DNA from: an uncultured virus (IMG/VR IMGVR_UViG_3300042887_005646) | Taxonomy: Duplodnaviria; Heunggongvirae; Uroviricota; Caudoviricetes | Reading direction: 5' to 3' (one strand) | IMG/VR virus record: IMGVR_UViG_3300042887_005646 | DNA length: 37,922 nt | Notes under the pieces: model-generated | Told to the model about the DNA's origin: nothing | Seen by the model: only the letters and a program-made list of their open reading frames with translations | Databases searched by the model: none | Position numbers and translations under genes: made by a program | In this document: positions 8,801 through 15,073 of the stretch, piece by piece | How the letters are laid out: each line of letters opens with the position of its first letter | Position numbering within the stretch: position 1 is the first letter of the stretch

Positions 8801-11513
8801 CGCCGAGGTAGCTTTCACCCTCAGACTTTAAATCTGCGTCTTGTAGAGAGCGCTCTTCACCGAGTTCTACCTCTGGGTTAAAGCTGCTTCTATCATATTT
8901 AACAAGAGGCACTCTCGCGTCATTGCTTAAGAGGCATTGTTTTAACTGCCTTTTATAGGATTCTATATCGCTAATCGTTATAGCGGCTGTTTTTTTAGCG
9001 ATCAGGTTTCTGTCTGCTTCTGCCTTAATCTTCGCTTCATAGTCTTCGGCCTCATCCAAGAGGCCGACCACGAAAATGGCTTTGCAGGCTAACGGGTCGT
9101 CAGCGAGCTTGTCCGTGTTTGAAGTGTAGTTTCTGTTCTCTATTTCCTTCTTCTGCCCAGGCGTGAGGGAGTTGCTGCTCACACTGAACATAACACGATC
9201 TATCACGCTATCAGGCTCGCAGGGCTCAATCTCGGCCACCACCTCGAGCCCCTTAAGTCCAACATCTCTGAGTTTTAGATCGGAATTATCAAAGACGGCA
9301 TCAAAGAGACGGCCCTGAGTGGGGCTGCCGCTAATAGTGGGGACGGCCTCCGCTAATCTTCTAGCCTCGGCTTCGGCCTCAATGACGTCTTTTGCGACAA
9401 CAATTCTGTTAATCTTGGCGTGGAGCTTGGTTATCTTTGCGGGTACATTTTCTAAATTCTTATATTTGACAACCGTCTTATCAACGAAAGGCAGCGCGCC
9501 ATCGTAATTAGTGTAGGTTCCATTAACTAGGCCGGGTAGAGTCGTGTAAAGGGCCCTCGAATATTCACTTTTGAGCTCCTGGAGGTTGACAGGGTCGAGG
9601 CGCTTAATCTTATCGAGCCTTGCTGCGGCCGTTTTTTTGATGGCCTCATCCGAAGTAGCTCTGCGAGCGGCATCTCTAGCGCGAAGATTATCGTCCGTGG
9701 GCTCATTTTCATAGAGCTTGGATTTAGCATCTAAATAGGCCAGCGCCTCGTCTTTAACTCGGTCCTCATATTCCTCAGACAGGCTAGCGTAGGCCGACGA
9801 GCTGTCGCGAAGTCCGTAGTAAGCTTCGAGGTCCTGATCGTATTCAGTGAACTTAACAAATGCCCGGCTGAGAGCATTAAGGCTAGTCGTGAAGGATTCA
9901 ATTTTGGGATTTCCGCGCGCTATCGTGTGAAGCTGACGGAGCTTGCCTGCCTTCTCAATAGTCTCATGCGCTACTCTTTTCTCCTCATCAGTCGCCTCGT
10001 CGTCTTCTAAAATAGCGTAAGCGGACTCTAACTTAAGCTTTGCGAGGCCGGCGATGGCACCGTACCGCTTGGTGTAGTTTTTCTCCTCTTCTACTTTGCG
10101 TTTTTCTCTGAGCGATTTTAACTCTTCCTTAAACTGAGTTTCTCTCTGCTCTTTGGCAGTAGCGGCCGCATCATAAGCTAGCTGCGTTAAATCTATGTTA
10201 ATTCTCGCCTCATCTTCATCGGTAAAGCTCGGCGTAAACGGGGTGTTGTTTCTGCGGGCTTCGTTTTCCGCTGCTCTTTTTTCCGCTTTTAGCGGAGCAA
10301 GCACTCTTTGATAGGCCGCAGTATAGAGCTTATTAGCTAGGTCACTATCGCTTTTGTAGAAAGACACTAGCTCTGAAAGCGACCGCTCTTCCTCGTTACG
10401 TTTGTAGCGCGTGATAGCGCCGGCAAAATCTGGCCCAATTTTATTATCCGACTTCAAGCCTACGGCGAGGTTAAGGTCTCTTTGAAGATTTTTCTTTTCG
10501 GGCCCATCGGCCATTAAATTTAATCTGGAGAGCTGATTCTGGAGGGCTTCGCAACGCTCATCAATTTCCCGTGCGCGAATGCTGTACTTAGCGTTAGCGT
10601 CCTTCAGCTCTTCGCTAAAATGCTTTCTCAGCCATTCAGAGTAGGCCAAGATAGCAGCCTCGCCTTTATCTTCGGCATTGTTCAACCTGCTGATAGCAAT
10701 ACCCGAATTAGTGCGATTAACTCTGAAGTGGTCTTCAAAAACGCCGCCTATGCCCGAGGGGTGGTCAGACTCCTTTTTTGCAGACGGGCTGAGCAGATAG
10801 ACCGGGTTAGAAAAAGACTGGAATGCGGCCTCTATAAGCGCGTGAACGCCAGGAATCACTGTGCCGCTATCTTCCGTGACGTCTCTATAGCAGAGTCCCC
10901 CGCCGTCGCATCCGAGAGGTCCGACGACAATACCGACCTGGCTAGCATCTCTGTCGCTAGCTAAAATATCATTGACCGCGTCGACGGCGCCGGAGAGTGC
11001 TAGCTCGACAGCTGCAGTAGTAGCGTCAGATTGATAGTCCTTAGCCACGACTGCGAAAATGATTCTATAGGTCCGGCCCTTAAAAGAGACCTCAATCGGC
11101 TGATTGGAGAGATCGCCTATGACTACCGACCCGGGGGCGACGTCTTTGGCTGCCAAAATAGCCAGATATTTGTCGAAAGCGGCTTGGAAGGGGAGCGCGG
11201 CAAACTCGCTGTTTCCGGTAGCGATTTTGTAATCGCCGATGTTATTCACAAATACGCCGGTAGGACCAATTAGCTTTTTCTGAGCCTGCTTGCTGTTGAG
11301 GGTCTCAGTTTTGGAATCTTTAGTCTTAGCGAGAACTGGCCGGCCGTTCGGGCCCCGCTCTAACGTGAGCACGTAATTGTCCTTAAGATCTTTAACAGAC
11401 AAGGCCGGGGTCTTGGACATGAATTTTAATGACCCGGGCACGCCCAGAATCAGTATCTGGCGATTGTTAGAAACTTCACTGCCCAGAAGATCACGAACGT
11501 TAATTACAGCCAT
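2886..11513 (-). CDS. Giant multidomain protein (2875 aa): N-terminal macrodomain-like region, long charged helical region, SLOG-like domain, RxxNP-rich tail
   Basis: Uninterrupted 8.6-kb ORF. GPLGCDGGGLCYRDV resembles DarG-type PPLGCGNGGLDW. A YpsA-like segment lies at 5214-5840. The tail has RTPNP, RVSNP, RTSNP and RMSNP. Confidence 0.9.
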   Translation of the reverse strand: MAVINVRDLLGSEVSNNRQILILGVPGSLKFMSKTPALSVKDLKDNYVLTLERGPNGRPVLAKTKDSKTETLNSKQAQKKLIGPTGVFVNNIGDYKIATGNSEFAALPFQAAFDKYLAILAAKDVAPGSVVIGDLSNQPIEVSFKGRTYRIIFAVVAKDYQSDATTAAVELALSGAVDAVNDILASDRDASQVGIVVGPLGCDGGGLCYRDVTEDSGTVIPGVHALIEAAFQSFSNPVYLLSPSAKKESDHPSGIGGVFEDHFRVNRTNSGIAISRLNNAEDKGEAAILAYSEWLRKHFSEELKDANAKYSIRAREIDERCEALQNQLSRLNLMADGPEKKNLQRDLNLAVGLKSDNKIGPDFAGAITRYKRNEEERSLSELVSFYKSDSDLANKLYTAAYQRVLAPLKAEKRAAENEARRNNTPFTPSFTDEDEARINIDLTQLAYDAAATAKEQRETQFKEELKSLREKRKVEEEKNYTKRYGAIAGLAKLKLESAYAILEDDEATDEEKRVAHETIEKAGKLRQLHTIARGNPKIESFTTSLNALSRAFVKFTEYDQDLEAYYGLRDSSSAYASLSEEYEDRVKDEALAYLDAKSKLYENEPTDDNLRARDAARRATSDEAIKKTAAARLDKIKRLDPVNLQELKSEYSRALYTTLPGLVNGTYTNYDGALPFVDKTVVKYKNLENVPAKITKLHAKINRIVVAKDVIEAEAEARRLAEAVPTISGSPTQGRLFDAVFDNSDLKLRDVGLKGLEVVAEIEPCEPDSVIDRVMFSVSSNSLTPGQKKEIENRNYTSNTDKLADDPLACKAIFVVGLLDEAEDYEAKIKAEADRNLIAKKTAAITISDIESYKRQLKQCLLSNDARVPLVKYDRSSFNPEVELGEERSLQDADLKSEGESYLGAELAAGDSSKAAEFISALVRAIGFKANEISNLGVFTRTLAGLASDTSGDSEEAKYIARRSARVRKAIQIFYRVSSMAELEYDDERTKAFAAKSFSEIQSIDREIAELSKSAAEQVRSQAFVNPESPEPCYFIGIDAKTGKPIYGIIRNRVDKLTEERGDITESLSGFKLKNKVSDRLSEITDLEKYKNNPDELVTALSNCMAELTFVLAAIRFVALLQAYQQNRAAVGSKSLNVKTILVPMDDQRPALTEERTIEEDGVRITKTVPRTKFLDVPDFSAPQVRKDALDPRAPLVPATKNVEYKYVLAESVSGIGGEKLSILEQDLNQAISYFGEDSEDRLKGESANAKLSILTSIVAIHRYVDIASRITERGEYKKDAIRDTALISDTNSIIDLFAKYSEAFGVRVYDERAKSGHAIDIRERVEKYKGYIKSVKEYLAGLEAAKKDPSAPFSTCEVIKDEKGRNALKEIEFTGPSSERRRAIGDSQVRAENLLRDLEVELSRYERKKARRIRGNARVATDLERLAINKDIIEASEAADRVNVLLTVDALLDYIKYLDQRAPSDPFTPLKDIQALQEVQGEDGQKKYLITFSYSSRKASSANTAEQIKALETARISAIAAARERALGFAVQAGSSAEAIRKDAYKQALNDYVAYITTFDFSPRNNKPLRLITKTPTGDLAFVDVKLSGIEKYDAAQDARKTAILMLREVDENKVLKSLTKEEKLAQAESEEQTQTSLNDFREAINSALFKYIQETDENARYKSQLDIYNRRKLLSDMRAQQEAGREVMGPPGFRDAIVKAVNASLGYDKLKAAPVDSAAAAAVKQDLEKKVATSISRLVNALFGEYEELEPFHPRIRGFRGKPAPRFRLVPTGAESIDKKGKKQTLYKEEIVPTQESPEDSNIQEIEADVFAAVAELSGFLASGGGEAGEILTARSKARVELATRARTAQQAKDAAIKAKSAIGVKLVATGEVDDAGQPVYETELRYPTLRIGILGDAEVADRTQDIEFLSSKRADLVNKPNSESDIVRIDAYITRFKLDTDIAAKLSTKLNALLDSAQKYYGDKMLVVLSANEGFSELAAESAMALGIHVHLEVPYDKDEQGVSFADMVWGRKAATPADRRDTYNRILEYAKSTGGVSIVDSKKAKEMANNTARAVVEASDVIWVYPDKTLKSVEGVYAGITLAQSQGKVIYTFTEPSSPLATSSQNNDYKDFFAELETGGQIKEWNKYIASLARVATSAEDVFGNYMRFMANRIRALDTATRAIDSEIERIANARNIPRESVTRDMVESRAGLERGGQQNVYDRQEELQQKLEDLKLGLIEHSNLINAQSNLQLAIDRYNKENRKNVSAEEAAIIRASLPDYVQAAYSDYLEAKQDVIPYAKKLATGRQGTDVTSTEARAQRGEAARGVRGAFAQRLSALERAAAIGPTVYTGKVVPISAGGRAREAGEAQVSAASATRSNAIQLENELSDMLKGLYQIATGERQSAAPPDSNKKREAYLTNLMRTLFGRLAVSIPDQFEGRDADTVQLGIDLEKILGIGSRSGLAGDYATLTEFLRTKPEGLPLEVMANVRTFNKRLYDINAELQDVRKAIAESSARGGGESKFISLGLIDPREVTPEQRVNITRLGRPMTIRDIDRIGIDTMDEFLPGKVVSAYRELQSLKSSLRAAQESPALELNRRPGDESRFSPDKEERRLIIAIEGKRGLPANLVIDINTLVPTDRAFNAEIRELIADLAPEAGVFKVKRRTPNPDHSRNRLAHSRPSSRVSNPGNPEIARKAASLRESLDHKFSSLKERTSNPSPRLSRPPAQLPSRLPERAFSPKARMSNPAQLPERTSSFTEVLDYDRAPSARVNPFSSRPSYGSRPSYESSYGKNAICIFATELDIPCNESDYTSSEEDQKHYALCLLQLKRDIDPTIDISDDLHEIASGSGNAAYYGRLAREVARLVRRASREGVDTQGMLVEVMDRCRN
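5214..5840 (-). other. SLOG superfamily (YpsA/DUF1273-like) domain within the 2875-aa protein
   Basis: LRIGILG...VVLSANEGFSELAAESAMALGIHVHLEVPY...W...RDTYNRILEYA...AVVEASDVIWVY.D...G....ITLAQSQGKVIYTF follows YpsA motif order (by-eye alignment). Confidence 0.65.
10785..11513 (-). other. Macrodomain (DarG/TARG1-like), probably degenerate, within the 2875-aa protein
   Basis: RDLL start, AFDKYLAILAAKDVAPGSV, YRIIFAVVAKDY, GIVVGPLGCDGGGLCYRDV and LIEAAF...VYLLSP match DarG macro motif order (by-eye alignment). Confidence 0.7.
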
Positions 11514-11544
11514 TTTTCGACCTATGTTTATCTGGTTACGTTAA

Positions 11545-11574
11545 ACTCTATACACTAAAGAGGACTAGGGTCAA
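11545..11574 (-). promoter_or_regulatory. Putative promoter of the 2875-aa gene
   Basis: Minus strand TTGACC-18 nt-TAGAGT (or 16 nt-TATAGA) in the intergenic gap. Confidence 0.5.
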
Positions 11575-11609
11575 CACCCTGATCCTAAAATAAGCTAGCT
11601 ATAGGCGAG

Positions 11610-12224
11610 TTAGATAGATATGCAGTCTGCTAAAACGGCATCTATCTCTTTACTCACTTTAGCCAATCTGGCGCCTTCTTCAAGCAGAAGTATTACAGAC
11701 TCACCGCATTTTTTTGCGGTTTTATTAAGCTGAGCTCTCGTGGCCTTATCTGCAGGTCTGGCTATACGCCTGTGCCCTGCCTCCGCCAAGAGATCACTAA
11801 CAGTGCCGACAATCGCGTTAGCTCTAACGCGCTCTGCCTGAATGCCTAAATCCATATCGCGCTTAAGCATCTCCCGCAGTATAGCGGGCGGTATTTCACC
11901 GGCGAGCACCTCAACGAAAGACGATATAACCTGGCTTATTTCTCGCTTTTTAGCGTCGTATGCCCTGGTCTTCTTGGCTTTCTCTAAGATTCGCTCATAG
12001 GCAGCGTCATACTCAGCAGCATCGTCCATGGCACTAAAGTGCCTCTGTCTCTGCCGACCTTTTTTAGTCTGCTTCTGATCGGGGCCAGAAGTAATGTAGC
12101 CCGCCTTCTGCATGGTAGAGTTGCAGATAGCGAAGGCTGCATTAAGATCGTGGCCTTTATTAACGAGGTCAACGACACACCTTCTCATATAAGAAGGTAT
12201 GCCGCTGGGAGTAAGTCGAGGCAT
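11610..12224 (-). CDS. Hypothetical protein (204 aa) with N-terminal RCV...AFAIC motif
   Basis: ORF with GAGGGG RBS. PSYMRRCVVDLVNKGHDLNAAFAICNSTMQKAG is a small two-Cys helical motif. Confidence 0.85.
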   Translation of the reverse strand: MPRLTPSGIPSYMRRCVVDLVNKGHDLNAAFAICNSTMQKAGYITSGPDQKQTKKGRQRQRHFSAMDDAAEYDAAYERILEKAKKTRAYDAKKREISQVISSFVEVLAGEIPPAILREMLKRDMDLGIQAERVRANAIVGTVSDLLAEAGHRRIARPADKATRAQLNKTAKKCGESVILLLEEGARLAKVSKEIDAVLADCISI

Positions 12225-12236
12225 CGCCCCTCGTAA

Positions 12237-13787
12237 TTAGTGGCCCTGGCTGCCGCGAAGGAACCGGGCGCGCGCCTCTTCAATCACGCGCTCCGCGCCG
12301 GCGTCAAGCGCCAGCTCGGGGTTGTGCGCGCGGTGGTTCCGTCTGTGGTGATGGCGCGGGTTAGACGTGCGGCCCGAGTTGGGGTCCGAATTCGGGCCGG
12401 CTCCACCGGCTCCACCGGCTCCACCGGCGCCACCGGCGCCCGGGGCGCCTTCCCGCATTTTCTGATAGAGCTGGGTCTGAAGCTGATTGCGCTCCATCTT
12501 ATACATCTGAATCTGCATCTCGTTGCGCCGGGTTCTGCTGCTCGAGGCCATGCGGATAAGCGTATCGAGCTCAGAGATTCTCTGGCGAATGGGTGCGAGG
12601 TCAGCGCGGGCAACTTCCGGGTCAAGCGCGAGCTTGAACTTCTCTGCGCGGTAGTGCTCGATAAGAAGCCGGTCAGGGCGGGCCTTCGCCATTTCGCCGC
12701 GGATAAGGAGATCAAGCTCGGCGATGCGCTGCATCTTAGCGGCGCCTGCGGGGATAGGTCCGTGTACGCCACCGAAGCCGAAGCCGCCGAAGCCCGCGCC
12801 GCCGAAGCCCGCGCCGCCGAAGCCCGCGCCGCCGAAGCCCGCGCCGTAGGGGCGGGCGCCGCCGCCGAAGCCGCCGAAGCCCGCGCCGCCGCCGAAGGCG
12901 CTCGAGTAGGGCGCTCTGCCGGTGCCCGGCGCGCCGAAGCCACCCGGACCGAAGCCGCCCGGGCCATAGGGGCCATACGGGGACGACTTGAAGTTCGGCG
13001 GGAAGCCCTGAAGAACGCGAAGCTCATTGCGGTATCTCTCGAGTCTGTCGTCGTCAGAGCGCGACTTGCCTGCCTCGTCACGAATAAGAATTTTGAGCTC
13101 ACGCATTCTCTCTGCGCGCGCATCAAGGACGCCGACGCCGGGGAGACCACCGACAGCGAAGGCCGCCTCGCCGTAAACAGACGCGGCAGGGGTGCCCATC
13201 TTGGCCATGATCAGCTTAACAAGGGCATCCGAGTCGCTGAGCTTATGGAGAAGCGTGTGAAGAGCGGTCTGAATGCTGGCGCCGGCAATCTCCGAGTACA
13301 TGACGGCCTTGCCGCACTCAGTACCGATGCTATCGTAGGCGGGGACGTTCGACCGGTCGTAGCTGATCTGGGTGACCGTTCTGGCGAGGGCGTTATAAGC
13401 CAGCCAGAGAGCGTAAACGGAGGGGCTGACCTCAGGGCGAGTGACCGAGGTGGGCACTGCCTTCTTATAGATCTCAGCAACCTTAAGAAGGAGATCGTAA
13501 GTGGCGGTATCCTCGTTAATCTCAGGGAGGGCTCTAAGGTCGTTAGCGATGTCGCTCTTGCTCTGGCTGTCGAGAGCAGAGGGGACGATCTCTCGAATAA
13601 CTGAGTTGCAAAGGACAATAGCCCGTACCTTCTCGAGGAGAGCGCCGTGCCAGGTGTTTTTAAGCTGATCTTTAACGATCAGGTAAAGAGCAGGCATGCT
13701 CTTAATAAATTTAACGAGAACAGGGCTCGCCGATTTATGTAGAGTGAGTCGAGTAGTGGACTTCTTGGTTTTCTTCGCAGCAGCCAT
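12237..13787 (-). CDS. 516-aa protein with Gly/Phe-rich low-complexity region, three helical repeats and RxxNP tail
   Basis: GGAG RBS, GC3-rich codons, GGAGF repeats, R(M/I)xELxxLIR x3, tail RTSNPRHHHRRNHRAHNP. Confidence 0.9.
   Translation of the reverse strand: MAAAKKTKKSTTRLTLHKSASPVLVKFIKSMPALYLIVKDQLKNTWHGALLEKVRAIVLCNSVIREIVPSALDSQSKSDIANDLRALPEINEDTATYDLLLKVAEIYKKAVPTSVTRPEVSPSVYALWLAYNALARTVTQISYDRSNVPAYDSIGTECGKAVMYSEIAGASIQTALHTLLHKLSDSDALVKLIMAKMGTPAASVYGEAAFAVGGLPGVGVLDARAERMRELKILIRDEAGKSRSDDDRLERYRNELRVLQGFPPNFKSSPYGPYGPGGFGPGGFGAPGTGRAPYSSAFGGGAGFGGFGGGARPYGAGFGGAGFGGAGFGGAGFGGFGFGGVHGPIPAGAAKMQRIAELDLLIRGEMAKARPDRLLIEHYRAEKFKLALDPEVARADLAPIRQRISELDTLIRMASSSRTRRNEMQIQMYKMERNQLQTQLYQKMREGAPGAGGAGGAGGAGGAGPNSDPNSGRTSNPRHHHRRNHRAHNPELALDAGAERVIEEARARFLRGSQGH
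12786..12845. repeat. Coding tandem repeat, 4 x 15 bp (GCCGAAGCCCGCGCC), encoding GAGFG
   Basis: Read directly from the sequence. Confidence 0.95.
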
Positions 13788-13823
13788 AATTACACTCCAT
13801 TGGTTGTTTTTTAAGCTCCTAGA

Positions 13824-13851
13824 GACTTAGCTTAGTCTTAGGGCATTGCAA
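13824..13851 (-). promoter_or_regulatory. Putative promoter
   Basis: Minus strand TTGCAA-16 nt-TAAGTC preceded by GC. Same layout as the element before the capsid candidate. Confidence 0.4.
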
Positions 13852-13855
13852 TAGT

Positions 13856-14692
13856 TTAACGATAAAAAAAGCTATGTGGGTGTGTTTTAATGTGTTTGGC
13901 CGCACTCACAGGCCTTCGGGGATTAGTGGCCCGCGAGGCGTTTATACGTCTCAAAGCACGCTGCCCGGCTGAAGATTGGACAGAGTTTTTAACACGCTCC
14001 GCAGTTTCTTTATCCTCTTTATCTTCTTTAGGGCTTTTAGCAAGATCTGAAGCGGCAGAAACTGCAGACGTTACTAAATGCTTTCCGCTATCGGAGGCTA
14101 GGTATTTCCCGACTCCTCGGCCCGCGGCCGCTGCGCCCCGTGCCAGCGCGGGTAAGGCCCTAATGATTGCCCCAATAGGGTTACTTTCTCTGTCGGCCGG
14201 ATCGGGCGAGTCGTAAATTTCGTCATCGTCGTAGAAAGGACGCGGCGAGCGCGTCTTAGCGCTGCTGGGGACGTGAACACCTAACTCACCGAGCTGGGTA
14301 AGTTTAGGACGTGCCCTCTCCTCTGAGTAGTAGCCGCCTGGGGTGTAGCCCCAGCCTTTGTCCTCTTCCCTAATTGGCTCTAGGATATCCATCTCTTTTT
14401 TGCATCGGTGCAGCCCGGCTAAGAGGCCCTCGGCCACCAGCTCCATATCATCTGCGTTGCCGCCGAAAAAAGCGAGCGTGGCTGAGTGAGGGTATCTAGC
14501 GTGCCTCGGAGCGCCTTTTGCCGGCGAGGAATATCTAGGGTTTCTCTCGCTGATGTCGAAATCAAAATCGCCACTCTCGTTCGCGAGCACCGTAATATAG
14601 AGGCAGCCGCGGCCGCCTGGTAGCGCCTTAGCGGCTTCTTCTACTACGATTAGAAGGTCAGAGACTGTGGGGAAGAGTAACGACATGGGCAC
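13856..14692 (-). CDS. Hypothetical protein (278 aa; may start at ATG 14686) with RESNP and RATNP motifs
   Basis: ORF with its own promoter-like element. An amphipathic segment follows RESNP. Confidence 0.85.
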   Translation of the reverse strand: MPMSLLFPTVSDLLIVVEEAAKALPGGRGCLYITVLANESGDFDFDISERNPRYSSPAKGAPRHARYPHSATLAFFGGNADDMELVAEGLLAGLHRCKKEMDILEPIREEDKGWGYTPGGYYSEERARPKLTQLGELGVHVPSSAKTRSPRPFYDDDEIYDSPDPADRESNPIGAIIRALPALARGAAAAGRGVGKYLASDSGKHLVTSAVSAASDLAKSPKEDKEDKETAERVKNSVQSSAGQRALRRINASRATNPRRPVSAAKHIKTHPHSFFYR

Positions 14693-14716
14693 CTTATATG
14701 CCTTAAACTTAACTAG

Positions 14717-14745
14717 ACTCTAGCAGACAAAAAGACGGCCTGCAA
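14717..14745 (-). promoter_or_regulatory. Putative sigma70-type promoter with extended -10
   Basis: Minus strand TTGCAG-17 nt-TAGAGT with TGn immediately before the -10. Confidence 0.55.
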
Positions 14746-14763
14746 GGGTTTAAAGACAAAAGC

Positions 14764-15030
14764 TCAAATAGATCTTATGGCGTGTACTAAATAGACACGC
14801 AAGGCTGGGTCTTTTTGCATATTGTGCCAAGCATTGTCACAGGCCTCATCGAAGGTTTTACCTGCTGCGGAAGTTATGCGTCTGTACCTTATTTCACCAA
14901 AATTAGAGCTCTCTGGAGTAGAGTCGGACGTTATCTCCAGACCCCTAATCTTCCATTTACCGTTACGCTCTTTTTTCTCTACGGCGTGAACATAGGCCTC
15001 AAAAACTTCATTGCTATCAGGTTGCGACAT
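14764..15030 (-). CDS. Hypothetical protein (88 aa)
   Basis: GAGGAG RBS upstream; fills the gap between co-oriented genes. Confidence 0.8.
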   Translation of the reverse strand: MSQPDSNEVFEAYVHAVEKKERNGKWKIRGLEITSDSTPESSNFGEIRYRRITSAAGKTFDEACDNAWHNMQKDPALRVYLVHAIRSI

Positions 15031-15073
15031 CTACCAAAGCTCCTCTGTTTAATGCGGTAAGCCCGCAGTTGTT

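Noticed and set aside
12240..13604. 454-aa plus-strand ORF with AAEAR repeats, and the 288-aa alternate minus-frame ORF
   Set aside because: Shadows of the GC3-rich 516-aa gene; the repeats are other-frame readings of GGAGF.
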